A stretch of 64,000 nucleotides of DNA from Macrostomum lignano (taxonomy: Eukaryota). The notes under the pieces were generated by a model that saw nothing but the letters and a program-made list of their open reading frames with translations, had not been told where the DNA came from and did not search any database. The translations under genes were made by a program, and so were the position numbers. This document shows, one piece after another, positions 13,401 through 24,619 of this stretch (position 1 is the first letter of the stretch; every line of letters begins with the position of its first letter). Where the stretch lies: NCBI GenBank assembly GCA_002269645.1, contig NIVC01002250.1:84133-148132 (forward strand), in the 5' to 3' direction.

Positions 13401-16400
13401 CAGATATAGTCAAAAGGAACCGAGGGGAATTGATCAGATATTGTCAAGGAACCAAGGGGAATTGATCAGATATAGTCAAGGAACCAAGGGGAATTGATCA
13501 GATATAGTCAAGGAACCGAGGGGAATCGATCAGATATAGTCAAGGAACCAAGGGGAATTGATCAGATATAGTCAAGGAACCGAGGGGAATTGATCAGATA
13601 TAGTCAAGGAACCAAGGGGAATTGATCAGATATAGTCAAGGAACCGAGGGGAATTGATCAGATATAGTCAAGGAACCGAGGGGAATCGATCAGATATAGT
13701 CAAGGAACCAAGGGGAATTGATCAGATATAGTCAAGGAACCAAGGGGAATTGATCAGATATAGTCAGGGAACCAAGGGGAATTGATCAGATATAGTCAAG
13801 GAACCAAGGGGAATTGATCAGATATAGTCAAGGAACCGAGGGGAATCGATCAGATATAGTCAGGGAACCAAGGGGAATTGATCAGATATAGTCAAGGAAC
13901 CAAGGGGAATTGATCAGATATAGTCAAGGAACCGAGGGGAATTGATCAGATATAGTCAAGGAACCAAGGGGAATTGATCAGATATAGTCAAGGAACCGAG
14001 GGGAATTGATCAGATATAGTCAAGGAACCAAGGGGAATTGATCAGATATAGTCAAGGAACCGAGGGGAATTGATCAGATATAGTCAAGGAACTGGGGGGA
14101 ATTTATGCGTGTTTTAACGCATCAATCTGCACCAGAATGAGTAAATAAAACAAGCAGGGTTCCAAACTCACCCAGGCACAGGCGTATCGTAGGGCATAGC
14201 AAAGATGACCTGGGTGTCCACCCACTTCTTGGCACCGTTGCGCGCAGTCTCCACTCGGCCATAGAAATTCACAGGCAGCAGGTACTCAGGCCGGGCCTTC
14301 TCCCACGGATTTCCGAATCTCAGCCAGTCGTCTGGCTCTTCGACTTGCCAACCGTCGGCAATCTTCTGCTGGAAGATGCCATAGTCGTAGCGAATGCCAT
14401 AGCCATAGGCGGCCAGGCCCAAGGTGGCCATGGAGTCCAGGAAGCAGGCGGCCAGCCGGCCGAGACCGCCATTGCCCAGCCCGGCGTCCTCTTCAATCTC
14501 TTCGAGTTCCTCAAGCTCGAGGCCCAGCTGATAGAGCGACTCGTCAATGGCCTGGGTCAGGCCCAGATTAGTCATGGTGTTAGTCAGGGTGCGGCCCATG
14601 TAGAACTCCATGGACAGGTAGTAGATGCGCTGATTATGGGGTAAGGAAAAGTTTTTAGCTGTTACATGTTTTTAGAATTAATTACCTTTTTAATAAAGTC
14701 ACCATTTATATAGACTTTCCCTAGGGTAGAGCTTTAATCTGCTAGCCAATCTAGGCACTAGCTAGTATGAATTGTGGTAGACCAAGACTAAATGACAAAA
14801 TTAATAACTTTTTGGACCCAATTTTTGATGGCAAAGATTTTTACCCTATCCATGGAAGTTGCATAGCCTGTGTAATTTAATGACTATACAGATATGACAT
14901 AATAGCTTCCTACTCTAGTGTTGTAAGTGCTTAATTGTCTATTCAATTTATCATTGTCTTCTAAAAATAAATGGGAACTAATATAGAACTTACTAGAAAA
15001 AAAGTAAGTAAAAAAGCAAACTAAGAAAAAAATATATAGAAAAAACTAATGCTCAGGACTTCTAGTGAGGGTTTCATGACTTTATTATGTGAATGGAAGG
15101 CAACTTTGAGGAAAAGTAGGTTTTTTGCAAATGCATAACTTAGCAATATAGCTATACAGATAGAATAGCAAATACAAACTAGAAAAAGAAAAGAATATTT
15201 TGTCAAATAAAAACCCTTTCAAAACATTTATCTAGCTTTCACTGGGATAATAACAAACTAGGTTATCTTTTTTTTATAGGAATTGGCCTTTAAAAAACAG
15301 TGATACTTTCAAAAAGTGCTTTTATATTTTAAAACTTTAAAAAATTGGTGAGTTCTAGTATAAAAGTCAATATAAAATACAAAGTCAGTATAATAAATGA
15401 TTTTTTTAAATCTTTAAATAATCTTTTGCTTTTTAGATACACTTGACGTTATTGATAAATTATATTGATTATATTTTTTCAACAGACTAGCTTTGATGTC
15501 CCAAATTGAGAAACAACTTTTAACATGCTAAATCATGTCTATTATAAGAAAAAGGGAAATTAAAAGCAAAAGTTATAGTTAAAAGTGGCAACCTTTTTTG
15601 AGGTATAGTTTGTTATATTTATACATGCACAACCTTTGGAATCACCCAGCCATTTCTATTGGCAACACATACATGCAAGTTGCTATTGGCCAAGAGCAGT
15701 CATGTGACTATTATTCTGTCTAATAGCAACTTACATGTATGTGTTACCAATAGAAATGGCTGAGTGAATCCCTAGGTTGCGCTTAAGCATAGTTATATTT
15801 CAAAAATATATGCCAAAAATAATAGTAAAGCCTTAGGATAGACCTATATAGCCTGAGTATGAACTAATTTAATGATAAATTTGGCAGTAGAAATTTTCCA
15901 TAAAAATGGCAAAAGCATAGGGACTATCAACTTAAGCTCATAAAGTGGAACCCAGGTAACCTAAATACACAAAAAAGTGATACATCATTTTGCTCATAGT
16001 TGCAGTGATACAACAAAGCTAGGTTTGACAAAAAGAAATGAAAATTAGACTTGGAATAGGTGAAACAAGCAAGGAGATATTTAGGGACTTTTTATGTCAA
16101 CTTAAGCTAATAAAAAAGTCCCTAATTATCCCCTTGCTTGTTTCACCAATTCCAAGTCCAATTTCAATTCCTTTTTTGTCAAACCTAGCTTCTTGGTATC
16201 ACAACAACTATGAGCAAAATTATATTTATTATTTCATATATCATTTGAAATAATATCATTTTAAATGATATTAAAAAGTATTTGATTTTTATACCTAGGA
16301 TACTTAGGCTCCACTTTATGAACTTAAGTTGATGAGCCCTTTGTAACAGTCTAATCAAATTTGATAAAATAAAGAAAGAACAATTATATATTGACCCTAG

Positions 16401-19187
16401 CCTAATCTTACTAATTCTTTTAATACTATTATATTATTATTAGTTAATAGTACATATTAGGCCTAAACTTTTTTATTTATTCAATTTTGTTATCTATTAT
16501 TTATTATGTTGCTTTACAAATATGCTTTCTAGGAAATGTTCATTTATTTTTTATATACATGAAATATAAATTATTTTATCTGCATATATACAAATATACC
16601 AATTGAATCCAGGTAAACTTATCAACTTTTTATTCATAAACTATGAGTATGTTGACAAGTTTACCACAGTTTGCACAGTGTATAACTAATGTGTAGTATA
16701 ATGAAGTGTATAGAAGTAAAAGATGCAAATAAAAGCAAAATCAATAAAGTTTAAATTTATATGTGTATAAAAAAATAATATTTAACATTTTTTGTTAAAT
16801 TAAAATAAGTAAAACTGATTGACATTGAAATTTATTATGATTAATGGGATCCTAACCACAGACTAATTGCTGTCACCCCCCTAGTTGTTGACATGAAAGA
16901 TTCTTGGTTTCATTGTTTTCTTAATTTTATTGTATCTTGTATTCTATCATATTTGTACATTGCAGACTGCTAGGTAGTTTTTTTTATTAGAGGCAAGGGG
17001 GTTGTGTGCACCCTGGCGCACTTTAAGCGACATAGGCACACAACCGGCGAAAGGCATTACTGCCCATTCTGCCAACTCCCTTGAGCAGGCATACAAGCGT
17101 GCGGATACATATGCAGGCACACACTCACACAGGAGTATACAGCGGCCCTAACTTTATTTTATCGTTAGGCATGTACACTTCACTGTGCCTTGGGGGGTTG
17201 GCTCTCAAGGCCGTTAATTGCATGAGCAAAGCCAAGCCGAGATTCCAATTCAGCCCCAAATTAATGTGACTGCACTTGGAATCGAGCCTGGGTTGCTGGC
17301 ACACCAGAGCAGCTGTGCTACCGCTGGGCTACGGCCCCCCTGACTGCTAGGTAGTGTGCACTATTATCTTTTTTCTGTCAATCTGGCAGACATTTTAGCA
17401 ATAGAAGATCCAATGATCTGGCAACAGTAAAGTAAGGTCCTATGCCTAAAAACTAGCATTATAATGATATGGCTTGGTTCATTGGTTTTATGAATCTATT
17501 TTGTGTCTGTCTATTGAAACAGCTGTATATACTATATAATGATAACAAATTTATAAACAAATAACAAATATAACAAATATATTTGAAAATTTCTATTAAA
17601 AGATTGATATATTTAGAAAAATAAATCAAACTAATTTTAATGGTTTTTTCAGTGTAGATTATTTTGAATTGTCCTAGAATAATTACACATTTAAACTATA
17701 AACCTATATAGAATCTTTATTCCTCATGAAATGATAACCACATAAAAAGCAAAGATATTCAATAGACATTAAATTTGGATTGGAAAACATAAATTCAAAA
17801 TACTGTAACTCTGTAATTATAAATATAAACAAAATAAAGCAACATTTAGGGCCTAACCATTTCAGAATATTATAAAATTTTAAGTTTAATATCCTTTAAG
17901 ATTTGCAAGGTAATTTTCTATTTAAAACAAAATGGCTATTACTAAAAGGGCTAAGGAAAAATTAAAAAATTGCACCTTGAAATTGAGAAGTGGGTGCAGT
18001 TTAAATGCAATTTCATAACCTATTTTTCCTTTAAAGCCTTATTTCCATTGCCTTTATTGCTTTAAACAATAAAAAAAGAAATTGCACTTTGAGCTTTAAA
18101 CTTGCACCCTGAAAGTGAGCATAAAGTGCAATTTTCTAACTCTAGCAAGAAATAGCAAGAAAAAAAACCCTAGTAGAAATTGTCTACATCCATATTGCCA
18201 CTATAGGGCCTACTATAATATTATTTTATAAATATCCTTACTTAAATTATTTATAACTTTTATAATAGTAGATAAAATATAAATACTATAATTAAATAGT
18301 ATAATAGGCAATAACATACTACTTAATATTGACTGGTCTACTTGACTCAAGAAGTGGCACAACCAGGGGGTGTCGGTAGTCGCCTCACACTTTGGATCAT
18401 GTAGGCCCTAGTATATGCCCAAAAATTCAGGCCTTGCACACCAAAATTAGGCGTGCACAGTTGGCGTGCATCGCTCCTGAGAAGATAGTATGCATGCACA
18501 CCTGGTATGCACTTTATAAAATTACATGTAAGAGTTATTGTGAAGTAGAAAAAAGATGAAAAAGTTCATTTTTAAGCTCAAATTTCAAGCTTTCCAGTTT
18601 TTTCAAGCTTGTAAAAGGGCATTTAAACAAATCTTTGCATGTATAAATTTTTTTGCTATAAATAGTATTGCCAAAAAAGCATAAAAAGCAACCAAATTAC
18701 CTGGTAATAAGGGTCTATTACACAATTTAAGTCGCCCCCCCTCCTAGGTGGAGACCAGAAAAAAATCAAAGGCGGGTTGCAAGCGAATTTTCGCCAAAAT
18801 ACAGAGCTGCATTCCCACCGCCCCTCCTTGGGTCCTTACCCTCCAGAATCCCCCCAACAAATTTCTGGTTGCGCTACTGGACCCAAGCTTGGCTCGTAAA
18901 AAACCTAGGCAATTATAGACAACATAGACAACAATGAAATTTACCTTAGGATCCTGATCATAGTAGAACTGCTGAGTTCTAATCCACCGACTGACAAGAT
19001 GATCCCAAACGGTGTGGGCCAATGAAAGGTAAAAGTCTCTCGGTGTAGCAACATTGCGATCTTTAACCAACGTGAAATGAAGGTGTCGGTTGAATGTCTT
19101 CTTAATATTCGCTACATTTTCTACCTCAGCAATGCCACGTACACTTATGGCACCCTTTCTTTTATCAGAGTCCGTCAGAGGGTTCAT
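7420..19187 (-). CDS. PYG: Glycogen phosphorylase, 5 coding exons (19187-18945, 14629-14172, 12080-11078, 10220-9543, 7629-7420), about 863 aa
   Basis: N-terminal RKGAISVRG (phospho-Ser site), [34 protein letters not shown] and the PLP-lysine motif [13 protein letters not shown] are all present. All four introns are GT-AG with compatible phases (0,2,0,0), and the total of 2592 nt is divisible by 3. Confidence 0.97.
8670..9510. repeat. Intronic minisatellite with 21/26-nt units (TCATGAAGGGGTACTCAATGA plus an optional TCATG)
   Basis: Visible array in phosphorylase intron 4, ending about 30 nt from the donor site. Confidence 0.95.
10290..10930. repeat. Compound intronic minisatellite: a 31-nt unit (GATTGATTATGGCTTCTATGGGAATTTCTAT) switching to a 30-nt unit (GAATTTCTGGGATCGACTAGGGCTTCAGTG)
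   Basis: Periods checked at 10321/10352 and within 10801-10920; lies in phosphorylase intron 3. Confidence 0.95.
12195..14105. repeat. Intronic 32-nt minisatellite (GGGAATTGATCAGATATAGTCAAGGAACCAAG) in two blocks, 12195-13024 and 13195-14105
   Basis: Period 32 checked at 12241/12273. The blocks are separated by a duplicated exon/intron junction. Confidence 0.95.
13025..13195 (-). other. Duplicated copy of the phosphorylase intron 2/exon 3 junction (acceptor plus the first 56 coding nt)
   Basis: 13025-13195 matches 12025-12195 apart from about 2 substitutions; both copies carry the acceptor CCCTCCCAG|CTACGGC. Confidence 0.93.
15642..15767. repeat. Inverted repeat/hairpin with 46-bp arms (15642-15687 and 15722-15767) and a 34-nt loop
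   Basis: TCACCCAGCCATTTCTATTGGCAACACATACATGCAAGTTGCTATT pairs with AATAGCAACTTACATGTATGTGTTACCAATAGAAATGGCTGAGTGA at 43 of 46 positions. Confidence 0.92.
15919..16340. mobile_element. Foldback/MITE-like palindromic element of about 420 bp
   Basis: AGGGACTATCAACTTAAGCTCATAAAGTGGA at the left end pairs with TCCACTTTATGAACTTAAGTTGATGAGCCCT at the right end; inner arms of about 110 bp pair across a short centre near 16100. No clear TSD seen. Confidence 0.7.
16979..17341 (-). mobile_element. tRNA-derived SINE with an A-rich tail and a 14-bp target-site duplication
   Basis: Minus-strand head GGGGCCGTAGCCCAGCGGTAGCACAG...GGCTCGATTCC contains pol III A-box and B-box-like motifs. The 3' end reads CTAATAAAAAAA. 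The direct repeat GACTGCTAGGTAGT flanks it at 16965-16978 and 17342-17355. Confidence 0.88.
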
Positions 19188-19869
19188 GACAATTAATAAT
19201 CTGATAGTCGCCAAACAGGTCAAACGATAAAAAACAATTGCAAGCGACTGGGGTTAAGCCTTAAATTTTCTATTATTCTGTTTGTTAAATGTGCGCGTTT
19301 TTAGTTTCCTTTGAACGTTTTAAACCCTAGAAAATTTAAAACAAAGTTTTCACACTTATGTAGAGTCGTTTAAAAATAAGGTACAATTAAGAAAAAATAA
19401 TTTACGTGTTTATTTTACTAAAAATTAATTCTAAGTTTATCTTTAATACGATTAAAAGATGCTTTTCACGAAGATTTTACCCTCTAGGCCGGAAAATCAA
19501 TTAGAAATGCAACGCATCAGTCGATCTACTACTGCTCTCTGTTTTTAGTATACTTTATTTGGTATACTAAAACTGATTATGGGATAGGAAATAATCCTTT
19601 TGAAACACTTCAAATTCTAGAGTTTATTAAAAACGAGCAGAAGTAATCAATAAAAGACTCTACTGGTCGAGTAAGTGTATGAGATGACCTTTATTAGCTT
19701 GCAGTATAAGCAATTTTAGACCGATCCACAGCTAACTTTCGGCGCTACCTGACCCGGTGGCCGCCTTTGGTAGAGATACTGTACACTGACAACTTGACAC
19801 CGGCTATTTCTTTCGCCGGCTTCATTCGGAACAGTGCCCTACTAGAGGTGAAAGGGATTCTTGAAGCCC

Positions 19870-21090
19870 TCAATATATATATATAGGGTTCAAGGCCGCG
19901 CTTGTCAAGCTATCATGAGCGCGACTCCTTCTTACGCCTTTTGCTGGCATACTTATTCCTGGACTTTCCCCCGGCCTCTGTCAGAGGAGGCCCACCCCGC
20001 CGTCTCTCTCGGATCTCTATTATTATTTTTTTAACAGACGCTGGCACAGCAGGGGTCCAGCGAAGCACCCGCTTGTGGAAAACAGCTGAGTCCAGCCCAG
20101 TTGCAGACTGAGGGGTAAAGCCCAGAGCCTGCAAGTCAGTGAGAAAAGTGTCGGTCAGAGTGATGCAGCGCTCCTGGCCCCGGCGGCGTCTCCCACAAGG
20201 TCGCAGGTCGGCAAGCGGGGGCCCGGTGCCCCGTGTGTAGGCTCGCAGGCAGTGGCCGATCAACATCTGGCGTCGCCTCTGCAGGGTGCGGCCCAGGGGA
20301 GGCACGCGCGCGGGTCCGGGCCGCCAGCTCGGCGTTGCTCACGCGCTCGGGGAACCAGATGCCCAGGGCATTGCGCAGGAGGCAGGCCTCCAAGCTCGCC
20401 TCACGAGTGGCAGTCATGGGAACAGCTTCCAGCTCATATAGGTCAGCACCGTCTCAACTGCCGAGCGGAAGAGGGCGACCTTCAGGCTGTCGGTGGCGAG
20501 CCGGCAGTTGAAGATGGAGCGGAGAAGGTGGGAGGCCCGCCACGCCAGCTACTTGCGGCTGTTGACAATGGCATCCGGGTCAGTGACCAGGACGCCCAGA
20601 TACTTGAACTGGTTGCACGGTGCGATGGATTTGCCGTCCTGTCGAAGCAGCGGTGGAAATTTGGCAATGCCAACATGCAGCACCTCTGTCTTGCCGTAGT
20701 TGATGTGGAGCCCCACGTGCTTTCCCGAATCGGCGCCCTCTGCGCAGCTTCGGGGTTGCAGCAGGTCAGCGCCAAGTTGTCGGCGTAGGCGAGGCGGGTC
20801 AGCTTGACACAGGGAAAGTGGGAGCTGCGGCGAGGCACCATTTTATAGCTGTCTTCGTCGCGCAGAGCCAGCCGCATGACGTAGTCGATCAGGATAACGA
20901 ATAGAAACGGTGATAGGGTGTCACCTTGCAGGACCCCGGAGGTGGTGGCATATTCAGATGTAGGGCCGTGGTCAGTCTGGACAAAAGCCTTGGACGAGCT
21001 GTAGAAGTCCATGATCGCCTGAACCAGCAGCTGAGGAACTCCATGCTGCTGGATGCCAGGCAATGGCCGCCCGGCTGACGGAGGATCTGC
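19870..21090 (-). mobile_element. 5'-truncated, frameshifted non-LTR retrotransposon (RTE-like) reverse transcriptase C-terminal half with 3' end
   Basis: GVLQGDTLSPFLF, LAYADNLAL (YADD decayed), FKYLGVLV, VSNAELAART and RRRQMLIGHCLR are spread over several frames; a short (TA)n tract lies at the 3' end near 19872-19885. Clade assignment is from motif recall. Confidence 0.85.
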
Positions 21091-21159
21091 AAAACTTTTC
21101 TGTAAAGGATCTCTCTTGCAAGTTGTAAAACTCATTCTACACCACACGGGGGCATACAG

Positions 21160-21530
21160 CAGGGGCGTAGCCAGGAATTTTGATTGGGGGGGGGCGTGAG
21201 TTAGGGGGCGCCAGCTTCTTATAGGGGGGCGCCAGCTTCTTATAGGGGCGCCAGTTTTTTTTAGGGGGGGGCGCCAGCTTCTTATAGGGGGGCGCCAGTT
21301 TCTTTTAGGGGGGGGGGCGCCAGTTTCTTTTAGGGGGGGCGCCAGTTTCTTATAGGGGGGGCGCCAGTTTCTTTTAGGGGGGGGCGCCAGTTTCTTTTAG
21401 GAGGGGCCGGGGCACCAGTTTCTTTTAGGGGGGGGGGGGCGCCAGTTTCTTTTAGGGGGGGGCGCCAAGGCCAGAGTTGGTGATTGGGGGGCCACGGCCC
21501 CCCTTGCCCCCCCCTCTGGCTACGCCCCTG
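21160..21530. mobile_element. Non-autonomous DNA transposon (hAT-like MITE), 371 bp
   Basis: TIRs CAGGGGCGTAGCCAG and CTGGCTACGCCCCTG; perfect 8-bp TSD GCATACAG at 21152-21159 and 21531-21538; internal tandem GGGGCGCCAGTTTCTTTTAG units. Confidence 0.9.
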
Positions 21531-22425
21531 GCATACAGGATTACTCTGAGCGATCCTGTCACCACAAAAGTAATGCTAACATCGTTTATTTAGTTTTTCA
21601 AACCTAGCAGCAACGTTCGAATTGCAATGTTTGATTCAGAAAATTCCTTAATCCAGGAGAAGTTGCTTAGTGGCGCAAAATTTGGCTACTTTTGCAAATG
21701 TTACTCAGTATACGTATATATTCTGTGGTTTCGAAGTTAAAAATGACTCAATCTGCAGACGAGCATTTTAAGTGTAATAAGTTGCTTTTACCTAATATAG
21801 TGCTTTCTGTATAATTAATTCTCTTGATACCGTTAGAACAATTGAGCGTTAGAAGAATTAAGCAGAAAATTATAGAATATGTTTCATACATCGTCATATT
21901 CATACAAAAATACACAAAGGGCTTGTTTAACCGGAGTTGGAATGCTATAGGCAGGCATAATTCATCTGTTCCCAAAATAGAAATTTGGGTGTACTGCACA
22001 ACTATCACATAGAAATTTAGAATACATGTACATTACCGGTACGTGCATACAGCTAACCCACTGTTTATGTGTCCCGTGACTTGGTCTTTACTAGAGAAAA
22101 AATGTCTCTCCTTCTCTCTAGTTCTCTCCGGAGACGTGTACTCTCGTCTCCATTCACGAAATGGCAGGCAAGATAGGAGAGAAGTAGAAGGAGAGAGAGG
22201 GCTCCACACAGCAGTGCGTCGACACAAACGTATACACCCACACAACTGTACACCCGCACTACAGGTCTGCAAACCCAAATCTTTTATAGGCAGGCTTCAC
22301 AGGAGTCTCAAGCTTAACTAAATTATCATTTTTAGCAAGCTGTTGTTTTGTAATAGAATTATTTATTAAACCCCAGCTATTTTGTCACTTTTAGCTCCTT
22401 TCAGCTCCTTACTTTACTTGCGGCA

Positions 22426-23578
22426 ATGGCGTCGTGTAAGTAGCTCTTTTGTCTTCGTGAATCATTCATGATTAGGACACAAAAATGACTATGAAAGTTC
22501 TCCAACACGTGTAGTTTCAGCATCCAAAAAGAAACTGGAGTCGCAGGTGTCCCTGGACATGCGCGAGAATGACTCAAAACAACTACTGGCCTTCCTGAAT
22601 TGCGCCAAGTGCCGCGACTTGGCATGCGACGCTGTTGAGACCCATTGCTGCAGAGTGCTGCTCTGTGCTAAATGCCTTGAACAGCGAGCTAGCCAGTGCC
22701 CGAAGTGCTCGGAACCATGCAGCGCCTCGCCGTGCCACCTGGCCAGACGCCTGATCGGCATGCAGCCATGGTGCTGCTCTGAATGCGGCAAGGAGACGAA
22801 CCGGTCTGAGCAGACCGACCACCTGCTGATCTGTCCGCAGCGGGTCCGGTCGTGTCCAGCCAGCGGATGCAGCTTCACCGGCCTCACTGACTCGTTCATT
22901 GATCATCTTATCCAAGAGCACAAAGATGCCCTGATGAAAGAAGTCGACAAGCTGTTCCCACCAGTTAAGAGGCAAAGGCGTTCTTCTGACTCAAGCGAGT
23001 CTAGCAACGACTCTGATAGCAGCAGGCGCCGTGCGATGGTCTTGCGCTACCAACGGTACAGAGAAAGAATGCACGATTCCGCTATTCGGGAGCGCTCGCG
23101 CGTCCGTTTAGCTGTCACTGGCAAAAACTACTGCACGGGACCGCTCAACGGACCGCCTTGCAACTGTTGCGACGGCAGGTGCGGGCCAGACAATGGATGC
23201 AACTGTGTAGACTGCATGCGTCTCGACCTTGCTAGCTTCAACATCAGCAGACCGCTAACGCTGATTAATCGAGAGGGCGCCGTGGCGCGAATCAGCTTAC
23301 AGGCCGCCAAGTTCTACTGCGGCCGAGCTGTGATGGGCAGCGACCCGAGAACTGACGGATTCTGCGGGCCCAACGACGGCAACAACTGTCACGCCTGTTA
23401 CAAGCTGGATCAGCAGCTGCGCAATCGTTACGCCGACATTGCCGCAGAGTGGGACCTAGATGGACTCGGTGTGAGAGACATCATTGACATGACCGAAACG
23501 AACGAAGACGACGACGACGAGTACGATTTTGATGACGACGACGGCCTGGTCGCAATGGGTCTTGACGTCATCGATTGA
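22426..23578 (+). CDS. RING-like plus TRAF-type zinc-finger protein with a tandem Cys-rich C-terminal module (putative E3 ligase); exons 22426-22435 and 22521-23578, about 355 aa
   Basis: 343-codon ORF with CAKC..CCRVLLCAKC..CPKC (RING-like), CSEC..HLLICPQRVRSCPASGC..HLIQEH (TRAF/SIAH-type finger), two DGxCGPxxGxNCxxC repeats and an acidic tail. A 10-nt first exon ATGGCGTCGT|GTAAGT splices in frame to TTTCAG|CATCC. Confidence 0.8.
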
Positions 23579-24619
23579 GAAAGAGGAGTGAAGTTCTCCA
23601 ACTTGTAGTACCTCTTTGAGTTAATTTTTTAAAAGAATGCCTGACGCGGTCGCTCCTAAAGATTAAACAAATCTGGCTGGTTTTTTCAAGTTTTTAATTC
23701 ACAAAACTTTTCCTAATTATGCTGGATCGGCATGCTAATGTAATACACTCAGAATGACGCGATTGATGTACATATGAAGATCAAGTCTGGTGCGTCGTTG
23801 CCCACCCAATATTCGGATTCTTCCAGTTTGTTATTATAAACCAGAATAATATATATCTTATATACACTATCATGATGAAGAAAGATACCGCAAGATTCGC
23901 TGGTTTCGGGGTAAAAACGTAAATATTTTTTTCGGGATAAAAAGTATCGTTCATTGTTTCTTCTTTTCCCCCACCATTGTATGTTAAAACAACCGTGGTA
24001 ACTTTTTATCTTCAATAAAATCTTCCAAAACGTCTAATTAAAGCTTTGCTGACCAACTTAAATATATTTTGACAGCAACATAAATTTTGTTTAAGCAAAC
24101 GATGTAGCGTTGTTGCGAGCGGCGTTATTGGCAGTTAGATCGGGCGGTGAATGACCAGAGATACTACTAAAAGTAGGACTTTCAGACACTAGCAATTTCT
24201 GAAATGCAAGGCCCAATGGCCCAATGGGAGTTTCTGAGACGCCATGGGTTTCAATGGAAACGAATGAATCGTAGTTGCTGAGATGTCAACAATAGAAAAT
24301 GGATATGAACTTAAGAGTCAAAATGGAGCCTGAAGCATTGGGTCCCGATTTCTCTAGCCAATCCCTTCATTTGGAGCCAAATAGCTCCCGTTATGCCGAA
24401 AACCCGACCACTTTAGCATTTGGGGATCTCTATGGGGATAAATGGGATAAATAGGGGTTTCATGTGAACTTAAGGCTTCAGAATGGAGCCTGAGGCGTTG
24501 GGTCCCGTTTCTCTACGCCAATCCCTTCATTTGGAGCTTCTCGTAATGCTTAAATGACGAGATGTCCATGATGACCAGATGACCAGAGCGTTAGCATAGT
24601 ACTCAGAACCATCAGTCCC

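Noticed and set aside
12195-14105. CRISPR-like regular repeats of about 32 nt (also the 36-nt array at 38255-39195)
   Set aside because: The units are head-to-tail with no unique spacers, there are no cas genes, and the context is eukaryotic and intronic.
17265-17341. Possible tRNA gene on the minus strand
   Set aside because: The cloverleaf is incomplete and the B box is altered; it continues into a 290-nt body with an A-tail and TSD, so it is a SINE head.
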